Shown piece by piece: positions 24,439 to 34,558 of a DNA stretch of 64,000 nt. The position numbers were made by a program, and so were the translations under genes. Each line of letters opens with the position of its first letter. The stretch's first letter is position 1. The notes under the pieces are model-generated. The model saw only the letters and a program-made list of their open reading frames with translations, had not been told where the DNA came from and did not search any database. The DNA is taken from positions 186,001 through 250,000 of the IMG/VR virus record IMGVR_UViG_3300023199_000204; one strand, written 5' to 3'.

Positions 24439-24617
24439 TTCTTCTATGAGATATGTAGATTTTGTTAGAGAATCAGGACTGGCGGTTTGGAGAATTCACT
24501 CAACTTTATGGTTGTGTTTAGTAATCTCCCAAGGGAAGCCTGTTTGGTTTACATCTAATCTTAAAGTATCAACTATTATTGATAGGAAAAATGCTACCAA
24601 GTATTTTAAATTAAGAA

Positions 24618-25481
24618 ATGTCTATAAGAACAAAGCCAATAAAGAACTTAATTGATCCAAGCACAGCAAATAGAATTGTTAATCAAATTATATATGAAGA
24701 AGTTGTAAGATATAATTTAGAATATAAAAAATATCTTTCTGGGAAAAGAAAGAAACCATTGAGTTGGGCATCTAATGCGTCCAATAGATTAAAAGATTAT
24801 AATATTGAACTATCTCATACAACTTTAAATAGTTATAAGAAAGCAATTTCTAATGGAAAAAGAGATGCTACTTCTGCTGCCAGTTTTGGTGGGAAAACTA
24901 TTTCGTCTCGATATGGAAAAGATAGAATGTATGGTCAGTTTGATATGTTAATAAATTTAAATCTAAAAAATACGCGATTAAAATATGTTGGGTTGCCTGC
25001 TAATCAGATAATATCTGTTGTTAATAAATATAAAAATGTAATTGCTTGTGATAAAGATGCTAGCATGTATGCTTTTATGCAAAACCAATTAGATGTATTT
25101 AAACCCAATGGAAAAGTAATAGTATATTTAGATGATGTTTTAGAATTTTTAGAAGAAACAAATAACAAGTTTTCTATTTTTGATTTAGATTTAATGTGCT
25201 TTTTGGATGACGAAAACTTTATTAGAAGGATAGCTAGAGCCGTTGCTAGGTCTTCATTAAAAAGCTCAGTAGTTTGTATAGCGAGCTGTATAGGCAGGAA
25301 GGCGAATTTTACAGAATTTTCTTATAGGAAGTTAATGCCAAAGGTTTTTTTAAAAGAACTGGCTAAGAGTAATTTTATAGTATCGACACAATACTCTGGT
25401 GGATATACAGATAAAATTATACCTATGAGATATGAATTATTTGTTTTAAATAAAATATCGGACGCCGTTCTTTGTTCATAA
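24618..25481 (+). CDS. Possible class I SAM-dependent methyltransferase-like protein
   Basis: C-terminal half has Rossmann-like spacing: YVGLPA, IACDKD, DDVLEFL, IFDLDLM. Confidence 0.3.
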   Translation: MSIRTKPIKNLIDPSTANRIVNQIIYEEVVRYNLEYKKYLSGKRKKPLSWASNASNRLKDYNIELSHTTLNSYKKAISNGKRDATSAASFGGKTISSRYGKDRMYGQFDMLINLNLKNTRLKYVGLPANQIISVVNKYKNVIACDKDASMYAFMQNQLDVFKPNGKVIVYLDDVLEFLEETNNKFSIFDLDLMCFLDDENFIRRIARAVARSSLKSSVVCIASCIGRKANFTEFSYRKLMPKVFLKELAKSNFIVSTQYSGGYTDKIIPMRYELFVLNKISDAVLCS

Positions 25482-25508
25482 TATTTAATTTTAAATGGTA
25501 GGCTAAAA

Positions 25509-25958
25509 ATGAATTACGAAAAATATGAAGTAAGAGTATATACTGATGGAGATAAATATTGGTATAAAGAGGGAAAGCTTCATCGGACCGATGGTCCAGC
25601 AATAGAATATGCCAATGGAGAGAAACATTGGTATAAAGAGGGAAGTCTTCATCGGACCGATGGTCCAGCAGTAGAATATATTAATGGAAATAAAAAATGG
25701 TATAAAGAGGGAAGGCTTCATCGGACCGATGGTCCAGCAATAGAATATGCTGATGGAACTAAAGAGTGGTATAAAGAGGGAAAGCTTCATCGGACCGATG
25801 GTCCAGCAATAGAATATTCTGATGGAGATAAAGAATGGTATATAAAAGGGAAAATATATACTGAGAAAGATTTCAACGACCTCTTGAAAGATAATTGTAA
25901 TGGAAAGACCGTCGAAATTGACGGAAAGAAGTACAAGCTTATTCTTATGGAAGATTAA
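25509..25958 (+). CDS. MORN-variant-like 23-aa repeat protein, paralog 3 (4 units)
   Basis: Four LHRTDGPA units. Units 1-2 are almost identical in DNA to units 1-2 of paralog 2. Confidence 0.9.
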   Translation: MNYEKYEVRVYTDGDKYWYKEGKLHRTDGPAIEYANGEKHWYKEGSLHRTDGPAVEYINGNKKWYKEGRLHRTDGPAIEYADGTKEWYKEGKLHRTDGPAIEYSDGDKEWYIKGKIYTEKDFNDLLKDNCNGKTVEIDGKKYKLILMED

Positions 25959-25959
25959 A

Positions 25960-26487
25960 ATGAATATAGATGTGGAATTTTTAGAAAGAGCTAAATGGTT
26001 TGCTACTATAATTCATCACGGCCAGCAATATGGTAATAAACCATATATTCATCATCTTGAACAGGTAGAATGTGTAATTTCAAGGTTTAATTTTGATGAC
26101 TTAGAATTAAGAGTAGCGGCTTGGCTTCACGATAGTATTGAAGATGTTGAAGGCATTGATTATAAAAAAATAAAACTAGGATTTGGAACAGAAATTGCTG
26201 ATATAGTTTTTTGCGTTACTAATCAGATAGGTAGAGATAGAAAAGAAAAATTTAAATATACTTATCCTAAAATAAAAGAAAATAGAAAGGCATTAATTGT
26301 TAAATTAGCAGACAGAATTGCTAATATTGAAAATGGAATGGGATATAGGACAGGGTATGTTAATATGTATAAAAAAGAATGGCCTGAATTCTATGAAGCT
26401 CTTTATGATAAAGAAGAAACTGATGAGCGTGTAATTAAAATGTGGAACTATCTTAAATCTTTATTTGAAGAATTTAAAAATGGATAA
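25960..26487 (+). CDS. Stand-alone RelA/SpoT-type HD hydrolase (Mesh1/SAH-like)
   Basis: HHGQQYGNKPYIHHL, AAWLHDSIED and VKLADRIAN. Confidence 0.8.
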   Translation: MNIDVEFLERAKWFATIIHHGQQYGNKPYIHHLEQVECVISRFNFDDLELRVAAWLHDSIEDVEGIDYKKIKLGFGTEIADIVFCVTNQIGRDRKEKFKYTYPKIKENRKALIVKLADRIANIENGMGYRTGYVNMYKKEWPEFYEALYDKEETDERVIKMWNYLKSLFEEFKNG

Positions 26488-27412
26488 AACATCACTCAGC
26501 GATAGAATGAAGAGTTATGAAAGCCTTTATAACTTAAAGATTATGAATAGGCTTCCAGTTATAATTAGATTAGATGGAAAGAACTTTTCTTCACTCACTA
26601 AAAAACATAAATTTACTAAACCATTTTCTAATATATTCGCAAATATGATAATTAATACTATGATTAATGTTGCTAGAAATATTCAAGGTTGTTTAGTAGG
26701 TTATACTCAATCGGATGAAATCACATTAGTCTTAAGAAATGATCAGTCGTTGGAATCAACTCCTTGGTTTGGTAATCGCATACAAAAAATGTGTAGCATT
26801 TTAGCAAGTTTAGCAGCCGCAAGTTTTAACTCACTATTAATTTCACAAGGTTTTATAGAAGGATTTAATCTTGAGAAAAATAAACTTGTTTGTTTTGACT
26901 CACGAGTGTTTGCTGTTCCATCTATAACTGAAGCTTTGAATAATTTAATATGGCGACAGAATGATTGTGTAAAGAATTCAATAAGCTCAGTAACTTATTA
27001 TGAAATTGCTAAATTAGATGACTATGAAAAGGGAAAAACAAGAAAGATGATGTTCGGTCTTAATCAAAAGCAACAACAAGATTTATCGTTTAAGACAGCG
27101 GGAATTAATTGGAATAATTATGAAGCAAAATATAAGAGAGGAACCGTTACCTTTAAAGAAAATTTTAAAAGTAAAGTTATACCAAAGTTTAAGAATGGTA
27201 TTCCTGAAGATAAAAGGTGCCCTGACTGTTTAAATATTAATCCTGATATTCTATGTTTTACTTGTGGAGGAACTGATATAAAACCAATAGAGGTTGTTAG
27301 AACAAGATGGAAAACAGAACCAGCTCCTATCTTTACTTCAGAAGAGGGCAAGAGTTGGCTTTCTAATGTTATTTCTTTAGAGAAAAAAAAATGGCGAAGA
27401 ATAAAAAAATAG
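26480..27412 (+). CDS. tRNA(His) guanylyltransferase Thg1-like protein
   Basis: DRMKSYE, IRLDGKNFS, YTQSDEIT, FDSRVF, WRQNDCVKNSI and KRGT motifs. Confidence 0.9.
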   Translation: MDKTSLSDRMKSYESLYNLKIMNRLPVIIRLDGKNFSSLTKKHKFTKPFSNIFANMIINTMINVARNIQGCLVGYTQSDEITLVLRNDQSLESTPWFGNRIQKMCSILASLAAASFNSLLISQGFIEGFNLEKNKLVCFDSRVFAVPSITEALNNLIWRQNDCVKNSISSVTYYEIAKLDDYEKGKTRKMMFGLNQKQQQDLSFKTAGINWNNYEAKYKRGTVTFKENFKSKVIPKFKNGIPEDKRCPDCLNINPDILCFTCGGTDIKPIEVVRTRWKTEPAPIFTSEEGKSWLSNVISLEKKKWRRIKK

Positions 27413-27560
27413 ACAAAGTTAAGCTTATGAAAAAGTTAAGTAGGAAATAAAACAAAGTATCAAGAAAGGGCGGACCTCATAAAAATAAATCTGAAAAAAG
27501 AAAAAATAAGAAAACGGTTCAAGATTATCTAAATGAAATTAATGAAGAAAAGGAGGATGA

Positions 27561-27827
27561 ATGAAATTTAAAGTTAATCCAAAGTATCTGTTAGTGAAAC
27601 CTCTTAAAGAGGAGTCTAATTCATCATCAGGAAATTTTATTGTTCTTAAAGAAGAAAGCTGTTTAAGAGGAGAGGTAGTATCTTCACGCACTGATGACTT
27701 TCCAGAAGGTTCAGTTATTAGATATAATGAAGAGAAGGCGGTTCTTTTTGATTCTAAGCTTTCGCTTACTTACCTTGATGTAGAAGATGTAATTGCGGTA
27801 GAATTAACTGACGAGGAAAGTTCTTAA
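27561..27827 (+). CDS. groES: Co-chaperonin GroES-like protein
   Basis: LLVKPLKEES...SGNFIVL...GEVVS...GSVIRY...YLDVEDVIAV, 88 aa. Confidence 0.7.
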   Translation: MKFKVNPKYLLVKPLKEESNSSSGNFIVLKEESCLRGEVVSSRTDDFPEGSVIRYNEEKAVLFDSKLSLTYLDVEDVIAVELTDEESS

Positions 27828-28148
27828 CTTGAGGGACACTCTTGTAAAAAGAACCAATATGCAGGCAGAAACTCTAGATGAAGTTAATGCGAATTATTCT
27901 TTTCTAGGGGTTCAATTAAGAGAACAAATCGATAAGAAGATAATTAAACAAAGTAATATATTAGCTACGGTAAGATTTATTTTTAAAGATATGAAAGATG
28001 ACTTAATAAAAGTAATGTTTGCTTTGTTTAAAAGATCACAAGGTTATTGGATAAGAAACAACTATATTATAATTGAAGAGAATGATTATGAAGAGTTTAT
28101 AAAGGCAGTAAATGATGTGCCTGAACTCATAAAAACAAGGAGGAAAAA

Positions 28149-28334
28149 ATGAGTACAAGAAGTAAAAGTGAAGCAGCCAAACTTGGTTGGGAGACTCGCA
28201 GGAAAAATGAGAAAGCTCGTAAGCGTAGTGAAGCAGCCCGCAAAGCAGTAGAGACTCGTCGTCGTAATGCCGAGGCTCGTAAACGCAGTGAGGCTGCTCG
28301 AAAAGCTTGGCGAACTCGTCAAGCCAATACCTAA
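28149..28334 (+). CDS. Small basic protein with three 20-aa RSEAARKAWETRR-type repeats
   Basis: RSKSEAAKLGWETRRKNEKA / RKRSEAARKAVETRRRNAEA / RKRSEAARKAWRTRQANT. Confidence 0.75.
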   Translation: MSTRSKSEAAKLGWETRRKNEKARKRSEAARKAVETRRRNAEARKRSEAARKAWRTRQANT

Positions 28335-28343
28335 TTAAGTTAA

Positions 28344-28370
28344 AGCCCCTATACAGGGGCTAAGGTTTTT
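28344..28370 (+). terminator. Intrinsic terminator-like hairpin
   Basis: agcccct-atac-aggggct followed by aaggttttt. Confidence 0.55.
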
Positions 28371-28395
28371 ATCTCTAAAATCTTAGGATATATAA

Positions 28396-29754
28396 ATGAA
28401 CATACAAAAGTTATTTAATTTATTTAAAGAAAATAATAAAGAACTATATCAAGTTGGAGGCTCAGTAAGAGATTTTTTAATGAAAACGCCTACTAAAGAT
28501 TTAGATTTTGCCACAAATTCCTTACCTGAAGAAATTGAAAGGATATTGGAACTTAGCAATTTAAAACATTAGCCAATAGGTAAAAAGTTTGGGACGATCG
28601 CAACAAAAATAGAAGGCGAGCAGGTAGAGATTACAACTTATCGTAAAGATAAAACTTCTGGAAGGCATCCAGAAGTTCAGTTTTCTTTATCTTTAAAGGA
28701 AGATTTAGAACGGAGAGATTTTACTATTAATTCAATCGCTATGGATTTTGATGGGAACATAGTTGATCCCTTTAACGGAAAACAAGATATTAAAAGCAAA
28801 ATAATTCGGGCAACTGGTGATCCTAAAATTAGATTTTCTGAGGATCCATTAAGAATGCTTAGAGCAGTAAGATTTGTATCAAAGCTTGGTTTTAACATAG
28901 AAGGTAAGACTAAAGAGTCCATCTATAACAATGCTCACTCAATACTTTCTGTAAGCAGAGAGCGTTGGTGCGAGGAATTTAATAAGTTATTAATGGGGTC
29001 TCACGTAGAAAAAGGATTAGAAGTCCTAAAACAAACTAGGTTGCTTTCTTTAATGATTCCAGAGTTTCAGCCAGTTTTAATGACGGACCCAAATGCTTTT
29101 CTACCAAGCAAAAACTTGTGGTTTCATACAAAAAAAGTTGTATCACAGTGTAGTAAAAAATTACCAGTATTGTGGGCAGGGTTGCTACACGATATAGCTA
29201 AACCATAGACCCGATATGAGATTGGAAAGAATGTAAGATTTTTTGAACACGAAACTATTGGAGCAGAGCTTACCAATAATATCTGTAGAAGATTGAAGAT
29301 GAGTAATGAATCTAGAAAAACTATAGTTTCTTTAGTAGCTCTTCATCAAAGAGTTAGCGATGTTGTTTCAAGAAAATACAATCCGCCAGTTCGCAAATGT
29401 GGATTAAGAAGGCTTCTTAAGGAGTGTAGAGAAGGAAGATGTGCTCTTAATGATTTAATTGATTTGTTTGAAGCAGACTGTTCTTCTTCAATTGATGAGG
29501 TGAAGAAAAGACAAAAAGCTCACGCCTTTTTACTTAGGGAGGCAACTAAAGATCTTCTTGAGAAAGAACAAGAGCCCAGGCTTCCAACGGGAACTGGAAA
29601 TGCTATTATAGAAATATTGGGTTTGTCTGGATTAGAAGTTGGCAAAGTAATGCTTGAATTAGAAAACCTTCTTTTGAGTGGAGAAATAAATGGAAAGATG
29701 GAGCCAAAGGAAATTGTTGAGTTCTACAATCGTGAACACTACAAAAAAAATTGA
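28396..29754 (+). CDS. cca: CCA tRNA nucleotidyltransferase with HD domain; two in-frame TAG (28570, 29206)
   Basis: QVGGSVRD, KDLDFAT, RRDFTIN, EDPLRMLRAVRF, SRER and LLHDIAKP all in one frame, spanning three track fragments. Confidence 0.88.
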
Positions 29755-29843
29755 TGAGTTTCTAATTGGAAACTTTCCAAAAACCTATATGATTGGACTA
29801 CAATTAGCACAAATTTCATATGAATTATTCGAAAGGATTGGGA

Positions 29844-30497
29844 ATGAAAGAAGTCGTATATACAAAAAATATCATCCTCGAAAAATTAAAGGAAGCGATA
29901 GAGAATAAAGATACTCATTTTATACTGCCAAGTGGAAACTCTGTTAAAGTTTCTAGAGCACACAAAACGTTCTATTTTAGTGGCACAGAATGTGTCGGTT
30001 GTGGTTTAGATGCCCAGGTGTTTATAGAGTATCCAATAGAAGAGTTTGAAGGAAGGGCAAGGCTTAATTTATTTGCTTATAAAAACAAGCAAATGGTCCT
30101 AATGACTTCAGATCATATAATTCCAGCATCAAAAGGAGGAGCTAGCAGAATATCTAATCTTCAAACTATGTGTATTAAATGTAATGGAATGAAGAAAAAC
30201 AATATTAAAGAGCAAATCATTGAAAAAGCTTTATATCCTTTCAAGAGTGTTAAAGATTTCATTCTCTCTAACAATGAAGACAATGACAATTCCATTAAAT
30301 TAATAAAAGAAATAGATATTTTGGTTTTTTCTCATCAAGAAAAATTAAATACAACGGGACCAATTTACTCTTCATATAAAAATATGAAATATTATTTAAA
30401 ATATCTTGAGAAAAAATATGGAGTTTCAGTTCCAATAGAAGAGTTAAAAATTGTTCCCTCAAATAAAGAGAGGGAAGCATACAAAATAAAAGTGTAG
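29844..30497 (+). CDS. HNH endonuclease, paralog of 10972
   Basis: CVGCG, then MTSDHIIPASKGG...NLQTMCIKCNGMK. Confidence 0.85.
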   Translation: MKEVVYTKNIILEKLKEAIENKDTHFILPSGNSVKVSRAHKTFYFSGTECVGCGLDAQVFIEYPIEEFEGRARLNLFAYKNKQMVLMTSDHIIPASKGGASRISNLQTMCIKCNGMKKNNIKEQIIEKALYPFKSVKDFILSNNEDNDNSIKLIKEIDILVFSHQEKLNTTGPIYSSYKNMKYYLKYLEKKYGVSVPIEELKIVPSNKEREAYKIKV

Positions 30498-30505
30498 GTA
30501 ATATA

Positions 30506-31272
30506 ATGAACTATGACATCATTGGAGACCAACACGGTTGTTTTAACGAATTAATACTCCTCCTTAATAAACTTGGATATAAAAAAAAAAGAAAAACATA
30601 TATAAACCACCCAAAGATAGAATGTTAGTTTCAGTGGGTGATATGTGTGATAGGGGACCCAATTCTACTAAAGTATATAATTTTACTAAAGAAATGGTAG
30701 AAGCAGGATATATGCTCGCTGTAAAGGGAAATCATTGTGATAAACTTCAAAGATATTGTATGGGAAGAAACGTCAAGACGAATCACGGACTTCATCTTAC
30801 AATTGAAGAAATTCACAGAAATAATATTCCTAAGCCTCAAATAGAAAAATTCATAGGAAATCTACCTTATTATCTAGTATTGGATGATGGTAAGCTCATT
30901 ATAGCTCATGCCGCGTTTAAAGAAAGTCTATTAAACTTGAGTCCATTTGACAAAAAATGTAGAACTTGGTGTTTATATGGACCTACCACTGGCAAAACAT
31001 TACCAAACGGTCTTCCAGATAGAATTGATTGGGCAGCAGATAGGGAAACTAATGAGAATTCTCCTATAATAATTCACGGGCATCAACCATATAAAGAAGT
31101 AAGAATTATTAATAAGGTATATTCTATAGATACTGGTTGCGTTTTTGGTGGAAAATTAACTTGTCTAAAATATCCAGAAATGAAAATAATTCAAGTAGAT
31201 GCTTTAAAAGAATACGCTAAAAGCAATGGATGGGGAGATAATAATAGTGTCAAAAAACATAAAGAGAGATGA
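30506..31272 (+). CDS. PrpE/Pnkp-type metallophosphatase with a frameshift near the A10 run at 30581-30590
   Basis: N-terminal IIGDQHGCF in one frame. VGDMCDRGPNS, GNHC, IHGHQP and IDTGCVFGGKLT in the next frame. Confidence 0.82.
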
Positions 31273-32096
31273 AAAAGGAAATCCTATTCTTCCCGGAGCG
31301 AAAACTTTTGGTTCAACGACTAGACCGATTGGTGGCAGGAGAGCTTCGAGAGCAACAGATTTAAAAAACGCGGCGGCAGATAGGATAATAAATCTTCTTA
31401 CTTATGGAGCTTCGACAGATAGATTGGCCAGGGACCCAGGTCCAATAAGAGATAAAAAACATAAAAAATATGTAGATGAACATAACAGAATAGCTGCGGC
31501 GCCATCCTTAGTACGACTTGCTTTTTATTATCAGCAACTTAAAGATTACGAGAAAGAACTTAAGGAGCTTGAAGATAGTGGAAATCAAAGGAAAATTGAT
31601 CTTTGTTCGCCAATAATTAAAAAACAGGTAGAGGAAACCAGAGAACTTGTTATAGAAATCTATCACGAAGTTAAAGACCAAGACAAAATAATTAAAAGGG
31701 AGAGGAAAGAATGAGTACTTTATTAATTAGTTTTCATTACATATTAGGTATTGTTGGATATACTATTATTGGAGGAATTGTTAGTGGGTTCTCAGCGAAC
31801 AAAGGATTTAATGGAAATGAATTGCCACCGCACTATGTAATGGGAATATTGTGGCCATTAAGCATCCCAATATTTATGATAGCTTGGCTTGGAACTTGTT
31901 TTCATAAAATTGCTAAACAACCTTTTTCAAAAATAATAAAACCATTTCAAAAGTTTGGCAAGAGAATTTCTACGAAAAAACCCAAAGCAATTAAAATTCC
32001 AAGAGGAGCTAAAATAGAAACATCAAAACAATACAGAGAATTAACACACATCGTTCGCGAGTATGAAGAGACCCTCCCAATTTTAGAGAGAGAGTA

Positions 32097-32672
32097 ATGA
32101 TTAATTATATTATTGGTGATGCCACAACTCCTATTAAAACTAGTGGTTTAAGAATTATAGCACATGTATGTAATAATAAATTCGGATGGGGATCTGGATT
32201 TGTAGTTGCCCTATCTAAAAAATGGAATAAACCTGAACAATGGTATAGGGAATGGGGAAAAGAATTAAATAAAAAACATAAAGAAGGTTGCTTTGGTAAT
32301 GAAATAATATTAGATCGATATATACTTGGTCGTATTCAAATGGTTCCAGTAAAAGATGAGCACGGTATAATTTATGTTGCTAATATGATTGCGCAAGATG
32401 GTTTCTCATCACAGAAAAATCCTGTAGCACTTAATTATTCTGCGTTAAAAATTTGCTTAATAAAGTTAAGGGATTGGATAGAAAATTACAAAGAGCTTAC
32501 AAAATATGTATCTAAATATTCGGTTCCTTTAGAGAATAAACTGGAAGTCTCTGTTAATATGCCGAGAATAGGTTGTGGTTTGGGAGGCGGAGATTGGAAA
32601 TTAGTGTCTGAAATTATAGAAGAATATATTTGTAATAATACTTTTGTTTATGATTTACCGGAGAAAAAATAG
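32097..32672 (+). CDS. Macrodomain (ADP-ribose processing) protein
   Basis: IGDAT, IIAHVCNN...WGSGFV, VANMIAQ and MPRIGCGLGGGDW. Confidence 0.88.
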   Translation: MINYIIGDATTPIKTSGLRIIAHVCNNKFGWGSGFVVALSKKWNKPEQWYREWGKELNKKHKEGCFGNEIILDRYILGRIQMVPVKDEHGIIYVANMIAQDGFSSQKNPVALNYSALKICLIKLRDWIENYKELTKYVSKYSVPLENKLEVSVNMPRIGCGLGGGDWKLVSEIIEEYICNNTFVYDLPEKK

Positions 32673-33130
32673 TGAATTCATTTTCTGATTTTGATAAAGT
32701 AAAAATGGTAGCAACTGCTGTTAGAAAGGGACTCGTAGATCTTGTTAAGAGTGGAGAGGTCAGATATTATGGTCTTGATTTAGGAGGTCTTTGCGGACAA
32801 GCAAGTGTTCAAATTTACGAAATATGTAAAAAGTTGGGAATAGATGATATTGAATTACATATGGCTCCAGGACATATGTTTAATGTATTTCGTGGCAAGA
32901 TTGTTGATGTAATGGCTACTCAATTTAATAAAAGAAGAAAAGGAGTTTACATCATAAAGTATTCTTATGGTAGGAAAAAATATTTTCATTATAGAACAGA
33001 TAAAATAAGTAGAGATTACAAAGATACTTGGGGATTTTATAATGGAGTGGATTTTAATCGTAATAGAAAGTATATAAGGAAGCATCTAAATGAACAAATT
33101 CTTAGAATTATTGACAAGAAAAACTTTTAA
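32672..33130 (+). CDS. Possible papain/transglutaminase-fold protein
   Basis: Cys-His-Asp spacing GLCGQAS...GHMF...IVDVMATQF. Confidence 0.45.
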   Translation: MNSFSDFDKVKMVATAVRKGLVDLVKSGEVRYYGLDLGGLCGQASVQIYEICKKLGIDDIELHMAPGHMFNVFRGKIVDVMATQFNKRRKGVYIIKYSYGRKKYFHYRTDKISRDYKDTWGFYNGVDFNRNRKYIRKHLNEQILRIIDKKNF

Positions 33131-33294
33131 AATAATATTAATAGTAGTTTCAGCACTATTTATTACACTCAATTTAATATCAGCATTTAACTGTCCAGAG
33201 AACACAGAGTGCTCTTCAGGTTTTCATCTAGTGTTCGCCGCTGCCTGGACGGGTATACTAGTAATAAGTATAATTTCACTTCGCAGGGAATCAA

Positions 33295-33906
33295 ATGAAA
33301 ACATATCCGAGCATAATAAGGACGGTGAGCCACCCTCCTAATCTTAAACTTTATACATTTGATAAACTTGACGGAAGTAATTTACGTTTTGAATGTAGTA
33401 AGAAAGCGGGATGGTATAAGTTCGGAACAAGAAATAGATTGTTCGATAAGACAGATGATATATTTGGACCAGCAACTCCACTGTTTAAAGACACATTGGC
33501 TGATGAATTAGAAAAAATATTAATTAAAAGTAGATGGAAAAGTGCTGTAATCTTTTGTGAATTTTATGGAGAGTCAAGTTTTGCTGGAAAGCACAATCTT
33601 AATGAACTAAAGAAATTAACTGTGATAGATGTAGCTCCATATAAAAAAGGCATATTGCCTCCTAAGCAATTCATTGATTTATTTGGAGAATATGGTCCAA
33701 AATATTTTGGAATTATAAATTGGGGAAAAGAATTTATAACTGAAGTTTGGAATAATAAGATAGAAGGAATGACTTTTGAGGGCGTAGTTGGTAAAACTGA
33801 AAAGAAAAGAAAGCTTTTAATGTATAAAGCTAAAACTCAACAGTGGATTGATAAAGTTAGAGCATTGTATTCTGCCAATGAAGCTACTAAATTAATAGAG
33901 AGCTGA
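33295..33906 (+). CDS. ATP-dependent RNA ligase-like nucleotidyltransferase (Rnl2-like core)
   Basis: Motif I FDKLDGSN, then FCEFYG, EGVVGK and YKAK. Confidence 0.7.
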   Translation: MKTYPSIIRTVSHPPNLKLYTFDKLDGSNLRFECSKKAGWYKFGTRNRLFDKTDDIFGPATPLFKDTLADELEKILIKSRWKSAVIFCEFYGESSFAGKHNLNELKKLTVIDVAPYKKGILPPKQFIDLFGEYGPKYFGIINWGKEFITEVWNNKIEGMTFEGVVGKTEKKRKLLMYKAKTQQWIDKVRALYSANEATKLIES

Positions 33907-34558
33907 TATGAAAATTTATACACTTATAATTCATAACGGATATGTAGAAGATAGTTCAGTTTATGCTATGATTCTTCACAATGAGATCGGATTTCCTACC
34001 CTAGAATCTGCTTTAAAAAATCTATCAAAGTCAATAATAGAGGGATTTGAATATAATATAAATATAGGATATGATAAAGATGGTTTTAAAACACGCGTTA
34101 AAAATCCTTGTTGTAAACTTTTATTAAAGAAAAGAAACAAAGAAAAAGTATATTGTTCAAAGTGTGGTAGTAAGATCTATAAAAATGATACTTCGCTTGA
34201 ATATTATGTGGTTGAAGATTATATGTTAAGATTTTTATGTTCAAATCTCAATGATTTAGCCAATTGTTATGAAACGTTAGAGTATAATGGATGGAGCTTT
34301 GGAGCAACTTTGTTTAGTAATAATTACCCAAAACATAATTTATTTAATAAAGGGGCGACAGTTCTGATTCACGAAAGAGGAGAGGAATTATTAGCGAAAG
34401 CTTATCTAGATGAACTTAATATGTATGTGGCAGAAGACAGCCCGTGGAATTTACAAACTCAATCAACTATTTTAGGAAATAAGAAAATTAAATATTATGA
34501 TTAAACCAAGGTATGTAGCAACAATTATAGCCACGATAGTATATTTATTGGTGTATTA

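Noticed and set aside
8655-25958. Diversity-generating retroelement (TR/VR pair)
   Set aside because: No reverse transcriptase or non-coding template copy is in the window, and variation includes non-adenine positions. Kept only as a hypothesis to test.
28396-29754. TAG-to-Gln recoding (code 15), suggested by two TAGs in cca
   Set aside because: Other broken genes contain TAA or TGA instead, many genes end cleanly at TAG (for example 9472, 9865, 32672, 53049), and no suppressor tRNA is seen.
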